NCBI GenBank assembly: GCA_033763315.1
Contig: JANRKS010000002.1
Coordinates: forward strand, 448,001-512,000
Reading direction: 5' to 3'
Source of the DNA: Deltaproteobacteria bacterium
GTDB taxonomy: Bacteria; Myxococcota_A; Polyangia; Fen-1088
DNA length: 64,000 bases
Of the stretch, positions 19,723-30,984 are shown piece after piece. The stretch's first letter is position 1; each line of letters opens with the position of its first letter. The position numbers and the translations under genes were made by a program. Below the pieces are notes generated by a model that searched no databases, had not been told where the DNA came from, and saw only the letters and a list, made by a program, of their open reading frames with translations.

Positions 19723-21737
19723 CGACCCACGTGGCCCAACGCTGCCACCAACGCGGCAAAGTCTTGCGCGGCCAAGCTTTGTTCGCCGCCCACGATGGCG
19801 GTGTCAGGTTCGGGATGCAACGAAACCACAACGCCTTGCGCCCCGCACGCGCGTGCGCCGAGCGCCATAGGCAACACATGCGACCGTTTGCCTGTGCCTT
19901 GGCTCGGATCCACCAACACGGGCAAGTGCGTGCGTTCGCGCAAAACCACCACGGCAGAAAGGTCCAGCGTGTTGCGCGTGGCGCTTTCGAAGGTGCGAAT
20001 GCCCCGCTCACACAAGATCACTTGGCCATTGCCGTGCGAGATCACAAATTCTGCTGACGCCAACCATTCATCAATGGTGCTGGAAAGGCCGCGTTCGAGG
20101 ACCACGGGCTTATCAACCTTGGCCAACTCTGCCAGCAGCGCAAAGTTCTGCATGTTGCGCGCGGCGACCATGATCAAATCCACTTTGTCGGCCACGTGGT
20201 GCACGTGCTCAGGCAACGACACTTCAGTCATCACCGGCAAGTTGTAGGCCTTGCCCGCGGCCACAAGCCATTGCAGCCCCTGTAAACCAGTGCCCGCAAA
20301 CTCTTGCGCCTCGCCTGCAAACACGTTGCCACGCAAGATGTGGCCGCCGCCGTCGTGCGTGGCACGCGCCGCCGCCTCAATCTGCGACTGGGACTCCACG
20401 AAGGTGGGGCCAGCGATGACGGTGAAGTTGTTGCCGCCGATCAACAGATCGCCCACGCGGACGGTGGTGTCATTGGCGCGCGCGGTGCGTTCGGAAAGCC
20501 TCGCGTGCGTTGTGGCGGCAGGTGCTGGTGTTGCGACAGGTGTCTTCACCGCTGTGGCCAACGGATCGGTTGGCATCGCCTTGGACGGGTAACAGCCCAA
20601 AATCTTCAGGAACAGCGCGTGTGCCCGTAAGCTCTCGAGTGCGGCCGCGACGTTGGGCGTTTGCACGTGCCCCTCGAAGTCAATGAAGAACATATATTCC
20701 CACGGCCGGTTCTTGCGTGGCCGCGATTCCAGCTTGGTGAGGCTGACGCCAAAATCAGACAGGATCTGCAGGCACTGAAGCAACGCCCCGTGTTCGTGAC
20801 GAGTGGTGAGGATCAGGCTCGTCTTGCATGGTACGCGCGGATCCACGTGCAATGGCTCGCGCGCCAAGGCAACAAAGCGGCACAGGATCTCATCTTGGTT
20901 GCCCACCGCGTGTCGCAACACGCTTAGTCCCCACGCCGCCGCCCCTTGCGGCGCCGCAATCACAGCTTGGCTGGGGTTCTGCTGGTCGGCCACCAGTTGC
21001 AGCGCTTCGGCGCTGTCGCGCGTGGCCACAGCGCGCGCGCGTGGCAACGACTTGATGAACGCGGAACATTGCTCAAGCACGTTTGGGTGACCGTAGATGC
21101 GATCCAGCGATTCAACCGGCACGCTGCCCACGGCGGCCAAACAGTGATCGATCTTGTACGTCTCTTCACCGACGATGTGCAAATCGTGCTCGCGCAACAG
21201 ATCGTAAACGGCGTTCATGCTGCCCGCGAATGTGTTTTCAATTGGCAGCAAAATGAGATCGACGCCACTCGACTTGAGCCGCGCCACCGCACCCTCAAGC
21301 GAATCGATCATTTCATAGCGGCCCACGAGGCCGCGCCCCGAAAGGTATTGTTCAGCCGCGAGGTGATCGTAGCTGTACGTGCCGCCTTGCAAAGCCACGC
21401 CGATCTCACGGCCAGCGTCGCTCTTGCCGCCAGAAATTGTGGTGGCCTGCACAGCCACTGAATGCGCCATGATGTCGGAGAAAATCTTGCGCACGAGCGC
21501 GCCCGAAAGCGAAAGCTCCCGCGCGCGCGCCTCCACCCGCGACAGCACCTCGCGCTCGCGCGTGAGATCCCGGATCGTGTCTTGCCGGCCCGTCTTGGAG
21601 GCGATGATCTTCGCCACCGTTTCAAAGCGCAGCGCAATCAAGCGAACGATGTCGCTGTCGATCTGATCAAGCTCGCCCCGCAGGGCTTTAAGAGGGTGGG
21701 GGGCGGCGGCTGGCTGGCCTTGGTCGTCGCTCGGCAT
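19719..21737 (-). CDS. chorismate mutase-prephenate dehydratase/ACT-DAHP synthase (type I beta) fusion with degenerate DAHPS domain
   Basis: AroQ LRGELDQID...RDLTRE; PIENT and ESRP; ARNMQNF and CERGIRTFESATRNTLD. Confidence 0.9.
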   Translation of the reverse strand: MPSDDQGQPAAAPHPLKALRGELDQIDSDIVRLIALRFETVAKIIASKTGRQDTIRDLTREREVLSRVEARARELSLSGALVRKIFSDIMAHSVAVQATTISGGKSDAGREIGVALQGGTYSYDHLAAEQYLSGRGLVGRYEMIDSLEGAVARLKSSGVDLILLPIENTFAGSMNAVYDLLREHDLHIVGEETYKIDHCLAAVGSVPVESLDRIYGHPNVLEQCSAFIKSLPRARAVATRDSAEALQLVADQQNPSQAVIAAPQGAAAWGLSVLRHAVGNQDEILCRFVALAREPLHVDPRVPCKTSLILTTRHEHGALLQCLQILSDFGVSLTKLESRPRKNRPWEYMFFIDFEGHVQTPNVAAALESLRAHALFLKILGCYPSKAMPTDPLATAVKTPVATPAPAATTHARLSERTARANDTTVRVGDLLIGGNNFTVIAGPTFVESQSQIEAAARATHDGGGHILRGNVFAGEAQEFAGTGLQGLQWLVAAGKAYNLPVMTEVSLPEHVHHVADKVDLIMVAARNMQNFALLAELAKVDKPVVLERGLSSTIDEWLASAEFVISHGNGQVILCERGIRTFESATRNTLDLSAVVVLRERTHLPVLVDPSQGTGKRSHVLPMALGARACGAQGVVVSLHPEPDTAIVGGEQSLAAQDFAALVAALGHVGR

Positions 21738-21761
21738 GGCGGCGCCAAATGTACCAGACGT

Positions 21762-22631
21762 TCACACAGTCAGCGTTGGATACGACCCAAGAACCCGAAT
21801 CGATTCGGTGCCCACCCCGAGCGCCGCAAGGGCCCTCTGCACGGCCGGTGTGTCTTCGGCCCCCACCAGATCCAGATAGAACGAATATTCCCAAGGCCGA
21901 CCCTCGATAGGGCGTGACTCGATCTTCGTTAGATCCACGCCCTCTTTGGCAAACGCCGACAGGGCTTCATAAAGACCTCCGGGGCGGTTCGCAATACGGA
22001 AAACGATGGACGTTTTGCGCCCTGGGCCCGCGTTTGGCAATTGCACCTGTTGCACGCGTGCGGGTGGCGTCAGCACAAAAAAGCGCGTGAAGTTTTGCGC
22101 GTGGCTTTCGATGCCCGGCACAACAATTTGTGCCCCATACACCTCCGCGGCGGCCACACCCGCGATGCCGGCGGCGGTGGCGTCGTCGCCATCCATCACC
22201 ATCTTCACGCTGCCAGCCGTGTCGTACGCTTGTTCAACCTGCAGCTGTGGGTTGGCTTTCAAGAAGCGTTCACATTGGGCCAAGGCCACCGGGTGTGAGA
22301 ACACACGCTTGATGTCTTCCAGCTTTACGCCCGGTTTGGCGATCAAATTGTGAACAATGCGCAGCACGAGCTCAGCTGCGATCTGCAGTTGGTGCTCAAC
22401 CAAAAGGTCGTAGTTCTTGATGATCGAGCCGACCAAAGTGTTTTCGATCGGCACCACGGCCACGTCGGCTTCACCAAGATTGACGGCCTCGAACATTTCC
22501 TCGAACGTTCGTCGCGGCACGATGGTCAGGTTCGGGCCGAACGCGCCGCGGGCCGCTTCGTGCGAAAATGCGCCTAATTCCCCCTGGATTGCAGCACGAA
22601 GGGGGGAATGGGGATCTGCCGTAACCGTCAT
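21762..22631 (-). CDS. pheA: prephenate dehydratase
   Basis: QGELGAFS, PIENT, SHPVALAQC, NFTRF, LTKIESRP. Confidence 0.92.
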   Translation of the reverse strand: MTVTADPHSPLRAAIQGELGAFSHEAARGAFGPNLTIVPRRTFEEMFEAVNLGEADVAVVPIENTLVGSIIKNYDLLVEHQLQIAAELVLRIVHNLIAKPGVKLEDIKRVFSHPVALAQCERFLKANPQLQVEQAYDTAGSVKMVMDGDDATAAGIAGVAAAEVYGAQIVVPGIESHAQNFTRFFVLTPPARVQQVQLPNAGPGRKTSIVFRIANRPGGLYEALSAFAKEGVDLTKIESRPIEGRPWEYSFYLDLVGAEDTPAVQRALAALGVGTESIRVLGSYPTLTV

Positions 22632-22671
22632 AGTCGCGGCAGAATACACCTTTGCAGCAACGTTGGCCTCG

Positions 22672-23355
22672 TTAGGGCGACTTCATCTTGTAGCCCACGT
22701 GCCTGACCGTTTCGATAAGGTCGGCTCCAGGTCCCAGCTTGGCGCGCAGGCGGCGAATGTGAATGTCAACGGTGCGCGTGTTGCCCGTATATCGGTAACC
22801 CCACACGCGTGACAGCAACTGTTCGCGCGTGAACACGCGCCCAGCGCCGGTGGCCAGGAACTTCAGCAGCTGGAATTCTTGCCGTGGCAGCTTCAAGGGG
22901 CGGCCGCGGTAACTGACCTCCACTGCAACCGTGTCGATCATCAGGTCACCCAACTTCACGCGGCCGGCGGCACGGAAGGACGACAAGCGCCAGTCGAGCT
23001 GCCTCACCCGGGCGTAAAGCTCAGGGCCTACGATGGGCGAAAGCACGAAATCGTCGATGCCGATTTCCGGATCCAGTCCCGGCAGGCGCGATACCTCAAT
23101 GCAAAGCAAAACGGGCACATCGGCAACGGCGCTGGTTTGGCGCACGTGTTTTACAGCGGCGCGGCCGATTTCGAGGTGCGCGCCCGCGTCGATGACCACC
23201 ACCGAGGGACGCACCTGCTCGATGTCGTCGGGGAGTTCGTCGAGATCGAACCCCACGGGCACCACGTCGCAACCTAACTCGCGCAAGGCAGCGGCCGGAG
23301 AGTTGTCTTCTTTGAAAGCATCAGAGGGCTTCGACGTAACAACGATGGCTCGCAT
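22672..23355 (-). CDS. OmpR-family winged-helix regulator with atypical receiver (GlnR-like)
   Basis: EFQLLKFLA..GRVFTREQLL..VWGY..TRTVDIHIRRLRAKLG; receiver lacks the N-terminal acidic pair and the KP lysine. Confidence 0.85.
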   Translation of the reverse strand: MRAIVVTSKPSDAFKEDNSPAAALRELGCDVVPVGFDLDELPDDIEQVRPSVVVIDAGAHLEIGRAAVKHVRQTSAVADVPVLLCIEVSRLPGLDPEIGIDDFVLSPIVGPELYARVRQLDWRLSSFRAAGRVKLGDLMIDTVAVEVSYRGRPLKLPRQEFQLLKFLATGAGRVFTREQLLSRVWGYRYTGNTRTVDIHIRRLRAKLGPGADLIETVRHVGYKMKSP

Positions 23356-23417
23356 GTCTGAAACATCGCAAAGTTTAATCCTAAATCAAGTGTAATTCCG
23401 CACCTTAAGGGACTTTT

Positions 23418-23438
23418 AATGTTTCGTAACGAAACATT
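23418..23438. promoter_or_regulatory. perfect 10-bp inverted repeat, candidate operator
   Basis: AATGTTTCGT-A-ACGAAACATT in the AT-rich divergent regulator/gltB intergenic region. Confidence 0.6.
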
Positions 23439-23559
23439 GGTCAGAGCTGTAAACGGCGTGTTTCTGGGTTGTGTCCAAGCAGAAAAATTGTGTGCGGATG
23501 GGGTAACCCGATTTACAGGTGAGATTTGTGGGTGCTAGTTTGTCCAATTCCAACCACCC

Positions 23560-26500
23560 ATGACATGGGCCGTCAAAAATCGGCGCCCGTCACCCTATAA
23601 ACAGATGAACAGAATCCCCGAAAAGCAAGGTCTCTACGATCCCGCAAACGAGCATGACGCCTGTGGCGTTGGCTTCGTCGTAGACATGAATGGGCGCAAG
23701 TCCCACAAGATCGTCGAAAACGCTTGTGAGGTATTGAAAAATCTCGGTCACCGCGGCGCCTGTGGCTGCGAAGAAAACACCGGCGATGGCGCTGGGATCC
23801 TGTTGCAAGTTCCTGACAAGTTCCTGCGCGCGCAATGTCAGCTTGAGGGCATTGTCTTGCCGCCTGAAGGCAAGTACGGCGTGGGCATGGTGTTCTTGCC
23901 CACCGATGCGGCTGAGCGAGATCTTTGCGAACGCATGATCGAGCAGGCCGTTGGCACCGAACGCCAACCGTTCCTCGGCTGGCGCGTGGTGCCCACCGAC
24001 AACGTCATGATCGGGGATTCGGCAAAAGCCGCGGAACCTTCCATGCGGCAGTTTTTCGTGGGCCAAGGCTCCGATGTGCCGAACCAGGAAGCGTTCGAGC
24101 GCAAACTGTTCTTGATCCGTAAGACCGCGGAGAAGTTGGTGCGCGAAAGCCACCTGATCCACCGCGAGATCTTCTATGTCTGCAGCCTCTCTTCAAAGAC
24201 GCTGGTCTACAAAGGCATGCTCACCTCTGATCAGCTGCCACTTTACTTTCCGGATCTGGTTCACCCAGACATGGAAAGTGCGTTGGCCTTGGTTCACTCA
24301 CGCTTTTCCACCAATACGTTCCCCAGCTGGGCCCGCGCCCATCCTTACCGCGTGGTGGCGCACAACGGTGAAATCAACACCTTGCGCGGCAACGTGAACT
24401 GGATGCGCGCGCGCGAAAGCGTGCTTGAATCGCCGTTGTTTGGCGACGATGTGAACAAGCTTCATCCTGTCATCGACGAAAGCGGCAGCGACTCGGGCAT
24501 GCTCGACAACGCGCTTGAACTTTTGTGGATGGGCGGCCGCCCGCTCTCCCACGCCGTCATGATGATGGTGCCCGAGCCTTGGCGCGGCCACGACGCCATG
24601 CCGCAAGAGAAGAAGGATTTTTATCGCTTTCACAGCTGCATGATGGAGCCGTGGGATGGCCCGGCGGCGATCTGTTTCACCGATGGATCGATGATCGGTT
24701 CGGTGCTTGACCGCAACGGTTTGCGCCCCCTGCGTTACTACGTCACCAAAGACGGCTTGGTGGTGATGGCCTCTGAGGCGGGCGTGATTCCTGAAATCAA
24801 GCCTGAAGACGTGGTGCAAAAGGGCCGCATCCAGCCCGGCCGCATGTTCTTGGTGGACACCAAAGAACACCGGATCATTCCGGACGAAGAGATCAAGACG
24901 AAGTACGCCACCAAGCATCCCTACGGCAAGTGGATGGAAGAGAACTTGGTTGCGTTGTCGACGTTGCCCGCGGGCGCGCCGGCGATCGAACCAGACCACG
25001 AAACCGTGGAGCTGCGCCAAGAGGTTTTCGGGTACACCACCGAAAGCCTCAAGCTGATTTCGCCGATGGCGGAAACGGCGCAAGAAGCGATGGGCTCGAT
25101 GGGCACTGATACGCCTTTGGCGGTGCTCTCGAACAAGTCGCGTCCGCTTTACGATTACTTCAAGCAGTTGTTCGCGCAGGTCACCAACCCGCCGGTCGAT
25201 GCGATCCGTGAGGAAATCATCATGGACATCGGCACCTCCATTGGTGCTGAACGCAACCTGTTCGATCCACAACCTGAGTCGGCACGGCAAATCGAACTGA
25301 ACTCTGCGATCCTCTTAAACGAGGAGTTGGAGACCTTGCGCGCCCTCGATGGCGGTAAGCCGAGCCGCGGCTTCAAATCGACGACGCTGTCGATGGTGTT
25401 TCCGGTTAAAGGTGGCGGTAAGGCGCTCGAAAAGGCGCTCGACGTCTTGTGCCATCAGGCTGAAGTGGCCGTGGTCGAAGGCCACGACATCATCATCCTT
25501 TCGGACCGCAAGCATGATGGCAAGAACGCGCCCATTCCCGCTTTGTTGGCGGTGGGTGCGGTTCACCACCACTTGCTTCGCAAAGGCACGCGCACGCGCA
25601 CGTCACTGGTTGTGGAAAGCGGCGAGCCTCGCGAGGTTCACCACTTCTGCTTGCTGATCGGCTTTGGCGCCAGCGCCATCAATCCGTACCTGGCGTTCGA
25701 GTCGCTGCACGATATGGCACGCATCGGTCGATTGAAGACCGATCCACACAAGGCGGAAAAGAACCTTGTGAAGGCCGTCAACAAGGGCATCACAAAGGTG
25801 CTCTCGAAGATGGGCATCAGCACCGTGCAGAGCTACCACGGCGCGCAGGTGTTCGAGGCGATCGGCCTTTCATCCGACGTGATCGAAAAATACTTCGCAG
25901 GTACGGCTTCCCGCGTGGGCGGCATCGGCATCGATGTCATCGCCGAAGAAGTACGTCGTCGCCATGAGCGCGCCTTCGTTGAAGGACGCAAAGTGGTGCG
26001 CTTGGGCTTGGCTCCCGGCGGTGAATACCAGTGGCGCAAGGACGGTGAATACCACCTCACGAATCCACAAACGATTCACAAGCTGCAATACGCCGTGCGC
26101 ACGGGCAACTACCAGGCCTACAAAGAATACGCACAGCTCATCAACGACCAGACGCGAACCTTGGCCACGCTGCGTGGCTTGATGAAGTTCCGTTCGGGCC
26201 GCAAGTCCATTCCGATCGAGGAAGTGGAATCCGTTGAGTCGATCGTCAAGCGCTTCAAGACGGGCGCCATGTCGTACGGCTCGATCAGCAAAGAAGCGCA
26301 CGAGGCTTTGGCCATTGCGATGAACCGCTTGGGCGGCCGCAGCAACACAGGCGAGGGCGGCGAAGATGCCGAGCGCTTTGTGCCCATGGCCAACGGCGAT
26401 TCGAAGCGCAGCGCGATCAAGCAGGTGGCCTCGGGGCGCTTTGGCGTCACCAGCGATTACCTCACCAACTCCGACGAAATCCAAATCAAGATGGCCCAGG

Positions 26501-28209
26501 GTGCAAAGCCTGGCGAAGGCGGGCAGCTTCCTGGCACCAAGGTTTACCCTTGGATCGCGAAGGTGCGGCATTCCACGCCCGGCGTGGGCTTGATTTCACC
26601 TCCGCCTCACCACGACATCTATTCGATCGAAGATCTCGCGCAGCTGATTCACGATCTGAAGGCGGCCAACAACAAGGCGCGCATCAGCGTCAAGCTGGTG
26701 GCTGAAGTGGGCGTGGGCACGATTGCCGCCGGCGTGGCGAAGGCGAAAGCCGACGTTGTGTTGGTGAGCGGCTTCGATGGTGGCACGGGCGCTTCGCCTT
26801 TGACCAGCATCAAGCACGCGGGCGTTCCGTGGGAGCTGGGCTTGGCGGAGACGCACCAAACGTTGGTGCTCAACAACCTGCGCAGCCGCATCTACGTGGA
26901 GACGGATGGCCAGATGAAGACGGGCCGGGACGTGGTGATCGCCACCATGCTCGGCGCCGAAGAGTTTGGCTTCGCGACCACGCCACTGGTGGCCTTGGGT
27001 TGCATCATGATGCGCGTGTGTCACCTGAACACGTGTCCTGTGGGCGTGGCCACGCAAGATCCACAACTGCGGGCGCGCTTCGCTGGCGATCCCGAGCACG
27101 TCGTGAACTTCATGAAGTTCGTGGCGGCAGACACGCGCGAGCTTATGGCTGAACTTGGTTTCCGCACCATCGAAGAGATGGTGGGCCACACCGAGTGCCT
27201 AGAGATGCGTGAAGCCGTGGATCACTGGAAGGCGAAGGGTGTGGATCTTTCTGCGATCCTTCACCGCCCTGACGTCACGGGCAAAGTCGATCGTTTCCGC
27301 ACGATGCCGCAGGACCACGGCCTCGAGAGCGAGTTCGACGACACCACGCTGATTCCGGCCGTTCGCAAAACGCTGCAAACGGGTGAGAAGGTTAAGGTTG
27401 AGCTCGAAGTTCGCAACATCAACCGCACGATCGGCACCCGCTTGGGTTCAGAGATCACGCGTAAGTTCGGCGCCGAAGGGCTGCCTGAAGATACGGTGCA
27501 CGTGAAGTTGCGTGGCTCAGCTGGGCAAAGCTTCATGGCCTTCGTACCGAACGGCGTGACCTTCGAGATGGAAGGCGATGCCAACGACTACGTGGGCAAG
27601 GGCTTGTCGGGCGGCAAGGTGATCTTGTACCCGCCGCGCGAATCCAGCTTCGTTCCCGAAGAAAACGTCATCGTGGGCAACGTGGCCTTCTATGGCGCCA
27701 CCAAGGGTGAAGCCTACATTCGCGGCATGGCGGGCGAGCGCTTCTGCGTGCGCAACAGCGGCGTTAACGCCGTGGTGGAAGGCGTGGGCGATCACGGCTG
27801 CGAATACATGACCGGCGGACGCGTCGTGATTTTGGGCCCCACAGGGCGCAACTTCGCGGCAGGTATGTCGGGCGGCATCGCCTACATCCTGGATGAAGCG
27901 CGCACGTTCGAGAGCCGCTGCAACAAAGAAATGGTGGCCGTTGAACCTGTGACGAACGCGGAAGAATTGGAAGAGGTTCAACGCCTCATTTCAAAGCATC
28001 TGCAATACACGGGCAGCGAGCGCGCCAAAACCATCCTGACTGGTTGGCAAGAGTGGCGAAAGATGTTCGTGCGGGTCATTCCTCACGACTACCGACGCAT
28101 GCTTGAGGCTCAACAAGAGATGCTGCAAAAAGGCATGTCGCCGGCAGAGGCCGAGATGGCCGCGTTTGAAAAGAACGCGAATGACGGAGCCCGTGCCGCT
28201 GGCAAATAG
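23560..28209 (+). CDS. gltB: glutamate synthase large subunit
   Basis: [45 protein letters not shown]-terminal domain. Confidence 0.98.
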   Translation: MTWAVKNRRPSPYKQMNRIPEKQGLYDPANEHDACGVGFVVDMNGRKSHKIVENACEVLKNLGHRGACGCEENTGDGAGILLQVPDKFLRAQCQLEGIVLPPEGKYGVGMVFLPTDAAERDLCERMIEQAVGTERQPFLGWRVVPTDNVMIGDSAKAAEPSMRQFFVGQGSDVPNQEAFERKLFLIRKTAEKLVRESHLIHREIFYVCSLSSKTLVYKGMLTSDQLPLYFPDLVHPDMESALALVHSRFSTNTFPSWARAHPYRVVAHNGEINTLRGNVNWMRARESVLESPLFGDDVNKLHPVIDESGSDSGMLDNALELLWMGGRPLSHAVMMMVPEPWRGHDAMPQEKKDFYRFHSCMMEPWDGPAAICFTDGSMIGSVLDRNGLRPLRYYVTKDGLVVMASEAGVIPEIKPEDVVQKGRIQPGRMFLVDTKEHRIIPDEEIKTKYATKHPYGKWMEENLVALSTLPAGAPAIEPDHETVELRQEVFGYTTESLKLISPMAETAQEAMGSMGTDTPLAVLSNKSRPLYDYFKQLFAQVTNPPVDAIREEIIMDIGTSIGAERNLFDPQPESARQIELNSAILLNEELETLRALDGGKPSRGFKSTTLSMVFPVKGGGKALEKALDVLCHQAEVAVVEGHDIIILSDRKHDGKNAPIPALLAVGAVHHHLLRKGTRTRTSLVVESGEPREVHHFCLLIGFGASAINPYLAFESLHDMARIGRLKTDPHKAEKNLVKAVNKGITKVLSKMGISTVQSYHGAQVFEAIGLSSDVIEKYFAGTASRVGGIGIDVIAEEVRRRHERAFVEGRKVVRLGLAPGGEYQWRKDGEYHLTNPQTIHKLQYAVRTGNYQAYKEYAQLINDQTRTLATLRGLMKFRSGRKSIPIEEVESVESIVKRFKTGAMSYGSISKEAHEALAIAMNRLGGRSNTGEGGEDAERFVPMANGDSKRSAIKQVASGRFGVTSDYLTNSDEIQIKMAQGAKPGEGGQLPGTKVYPWIAKVRHSTPGVGLISPPPHHDIYSIEDLAQLIHDLKAANNKARISVKLVAEVGVGTIAAGVAKAKADVVLVSGFDGGTGASPLTSIKHAGVPWELGLAETHQTLVLNNLRSRIYVETDGQMKTGRDVVIATMLGAEEFGFATTPLVALGCIMMRVCHLNTCPVGVATQDPQLRARFAGDPEHVVNFMKFVAADTRELMAELGFRTIEEMVGHTECLEMREAVDHWKAKGVDLSAILHRPDVTGKVDRFRTMPQDHGLESEFDDTTLIPAVRKTLQTGEKVKVELEVRNINRTIGTRLGSEITRKFGAEGLPEDTVHVKLRGSAGQSFMAFVPNGVTFEMEGDANDYVGKGLSGGKVILYPPRESSFVPEENVIVGNVAFYGATKGEAYIRGMAGERFCVRNSGVNAVVEGVGDHGCEYMTGGRVVILGPTGRNFAAGMSGGIAYILDEARTFESRCNKEMVAVEPVTNAEELEEVQRLISKHLQYTGSERAKTILTGWQEWRKMFVRVIPHDYRRMLEAQQEMLQKGMSPAEAEMAAFEKNANDGARAAGK

Positions 28210-28274
28210 CCCTGTGTAAGCGATTCGATAACCACCCCCCCCAAGTCAATACAGGCCGAAGAGACAAAACGATC

Positions 28275-29759
28275 ATGGGCAAGCCAACAGGCTTTCTGGA
28301 ATACAAGCGACAGGCTCCAGCGTGGGACGATCCAAAGGGACGCGTCAAAGATTGGAACGAGTTTCACGAGCACCTGCCTGAAAAGGTGCTGCAAGAGCAG
28401 GGCGCGCGCTGCATGGATTGCGGCGTGCCGTTCTGTCACACGGGGCAGTTGTTGGCGGGGATGGCCACGGGCTGTCCACTCAACAATCTGATCCCCGAGT
28501 GGAACGACTTGGTTTACCGCGGCCAGTGGCGGGAAGCCTTGGATCGCTTGCACAAGACCAACAACTTTCCTGAATTTACCGGCCGCGTGTGCCCCGCTCC
28601 TTGCGAAGGCTCGTGCGTTTTGGGCATCAACGCCCCGCCGGTCACAATTAAGAGCATCGAGTGCTCGATTGTCGACCACGCGTTCGAGCACGGTTGGATC
28701 ACGGCGCAGCCGCCTGAAAACCGCTCGGGCAAGAAGGTGGCTGTGATCGGTTCGGGTCCTGCGGGCTTGGCGTGCGCGGCTGAACTGAACAAGGCCGGCC
28801 ACTTGGTGACGGTGTTCGAGCGGGCCGATCGCATCGGTGGCTTGCTCATGTACGGCATTCCCAACATGAAGTTGGACAAGCGCCTGGTTGAACGCCGGGT
28901 GAACCTACTCAAAGAGGAAGGTGTCACTTTCCTCACGAACACCAACGTCGGCCAGAATTACCCCACGGAGAAACTCAAGTCCGAGTTTGACGCTGTGGTT
29001 CTGTGTGGTGGTGCGACGCAGGCGCGTGATCTGCCGGTGGAAGGGCGCGAGCTCAAAGGCATTCACATGGCGATGGAGTTCTTGACGAAGAACACCAAGA
29101 GCCTGCTCGACAGCAAGCTGGCCGATGGCGAATACATCAGCGCCAAAGACAAACACGTCGTGGTCATCGGCGGTGGCGACACGGGCACCGACTGCGTGGG
29201 CACCTCTGTGCGCCACGGCGCCAAAGCGGTTGTTCAGCTCGAAATCATGTCGCGGCCTCCTGACGAACGCGCGAGCGACAACCCTTGGCCGCAGTGGCCC
29301 AAGGTCTACAAGATGGATTACGGCCAAGAAGAAGCGGCGGCCTTGTGGGGACAAGATCCGCGCCAATATGCCGTGAGCACGAAGAAGATCGTTGGCGACG
29401 AGAACGGCAACGTGAAAGAGCTGCACGTGGTTGGTTTGCGCCAGGTGCCGGCCGTGGGACGTCCCAAATTTGAGGAAATCCCCGGTTCCGAAAAGGTCAT
29501 CAAGGCCGACTTGATCTTGCTGGCTATGGGCTTCTTGGGCCCTGAGAAACCAGGCTTGCTCACCGAGTTGGGCGTTGAGCTGGACGAGCGCGGCAACGTG
29601 AAAGCCGGCGAGAATAACTACGCCACTTCGGTCGCGAACGTGTTTAGCGCGGGCGATATGCGCCGCGGCCAATCGCTTGTGGTGTGGGCCATCGCCGAGG
29701 GCCGTCAGGCCGCACGCGCGGTCGACAAGCACCTGATGGGCCAAACCGTTCTGGTTTGA
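28275..29759 (+). CDS. gltD: glutamate synthase small subunit
   Basis: [43 protein letters not shown]. Confidence 0.98.
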   Translation: MGKPTGFLEYKRQAPAWDDPKGRVKDWNEFHEHLPEKVLQEQGARCMDCGVPFCHTGQLLAGMATGCPLNNLIPEWNDLVYRGQWREALDRLHKTNNFPEFTGRVCPAPCEGSCVLGINAPPVTIKSIECSIVDHAFEHGWITAQPPENRSGKKVAVIGSGPAGLACAAELNKAGHLVTVFERADRIGGLLMYGIPNMKLDKRLVERRVNLLKEEGVTFLTNTNVGQNYPTEKLKSEFDAVVLCGGATQARDLPVEGRELKGIHMAMEFLTKNTKSLLDSKLADGEYISAKDKHVVVIGGGDTGTDCVGTSVRHGAKAVVQLEIMSRPPDERASDNPWPQWPKVYKMDYGQEEAAALWGQDPRQYAVSTKKIVGDENGNVKELHVVGLRQVPAVGRPKFEEIPGSEKVIKADLILLAMGFLGPEKPGLLTELGVELDERGNVKAGENNYATSVANVFSAGDMRRGQSLVVWAIAEGRQAARAVDKHLMGQTVLV

Positions 29760-30977
29760 TCAAACCGCCACCGCCCCTGGGATGGGGCTCAAACTTCGGC
29801 GGGCCTGAATGTCCGCGTTGCTGGCTTTGTCCAACAACGCGGGCAGGCGCGTCTGCAGGTTGTGTTTGATCACAAAGTCATCTGAAAGGCTAACCCGCGG
29901 GCCGATGGCACCGAGGTCGCCTTGACCAATCACGTTCGCGAGGCCGCGGGCCAAATGCACGGCTGACGCGGGGCCAAACGTTTCCTCCTCGGGTGCGTAA
30001 AACGATTGGGCCACCGCTGACACGATCTGCGAAGGCAAGCCCCAAAACGATAACAGCTGTGCCCCCAGGCGTTCCGCCATGCCGGGGGGAACCTGGCTTG
30101 CGTCGCCAACCAAGCCCGGGTGCGCCGCCGCCATGGCGAACCATCCCACGCTGTGCAGAAGGCCTGCGCTGTAAGCCGCTTCGGCGGCCCGCGGATCTTT
30201 AAGTGTGGCTTTCGCTGTTTGTGCAACGACCAAGGCGTGGCGGGCGAGCGCATCGACATCCAAGGCCGCCCCCATGCCTCCATTCCTTGCTGGCGTCATT
30301 AAGGCCCCCCGGCGATGCAGATCCTGCAGGTATGAAGCGCCCAACAGGCTTGTGGCGCCGTCGACGTCGCTGATGCGGCTGCCACCGCCGAAGAACGACG
30401 CGTTCGCGATCTGCAGCACCTTGGCGCTGAGGCCTGGGTCGCGGCGGATGACCGTCGCGAGGTCGGCGCTGCGTGGGTGGGGCGATGCCAACATGCCATG
30501 CAACGCCACCAGGCTGGCCTGCGCGCTTGGCAACATCGCCAGACCACCGAGGCTGTCGGCCGTGGCGGCGTCCAACGTCGGATCCAGCCACGCGCTCACG
30601 CGGGCCAACAAGGCGCCCAGGTGGTGCAGCTCCACGGGCTTGCTTATGAATTGATGGCAGTGCGGAACTGCCAACAGCGCCGATTCCCACTGTGACTGTC
30701 CCGTCAAAAGCACACGCAGGGTGGCGGGCCAGCGCCGGTGCACCTCGGCCAAGAACGAGATCCCGTCGCGGTTCGGCATGCGCAAATCTGAGATCACAAT
30801 GTGAACTGGCATCGTCTCAAGTTGCGTGAGCGCTTCCGCGGCGCTGTTTGCGATGAGGGCGCCGCCCGCGCAGTGTTGCCCGAGGTAGCGTGCAACGGCA
30901 AAACTGATTTCGGGGACATCGTCGACGATCAGCGCGCGTAAGGGCGAGGCAGCCGGTGGTGTTGGATGGCTGTGCAT
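29760..30977 (-). CDS. response regulator receiver + HDOD domain protein
   Basis: LIVDD, ISDLRMP, LLTG, FISKP; DPGLSAKVLQIANASFF; GLLHSVG; WGLP. Confidence 0.88.
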   Translation of the reverse strand: MHSHPTPPAASPLRALIVDDVPEISFAVARYLGQHCAGGALIANSAAEALTQLETMPVHIVISDLRMPNRDGISFLAEVHRRWPATLRVLLTGQSQWESALLAVPHCHQFISKPVELHHLGALLARVSAWLDPTLDAATADSLGGLAMLPSAQASLVALHGMLASPHPRSADLATVIRRDPGLSAKVLQIANASFFGGGSRISDVDGATSLLGASYLQDLHRRGALMTPARNGGMGAALDVDALARHALVVAQTAKATLKDPRAAEAAYSAGLLHSVGWFAMAAAHPGLVGDASQVPPGMAERLGAQLLSFWGLPSQIVSAVAQSFYAPEEETFGPASAVHLARGLANVIGQGDLGAIGPRVSLSDDFVIKHNLQTRLPALLDKASNADIQARRSLSPIPGAVAV

Positions 30978-30984
30978 ATGATGT

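Noticed and set aside
23503-23516. GTA-N8-TAC NtcA-like box upstream of gltB
   Set aside because: Only 6 informative bases and NtcA is cyanobacterial; likely chance
23590-29744. Many long antisense ORFs over gltBD and other genes
   Set aside because: Shadow ORFs typical of GC-rich codon usage; no independent motifs
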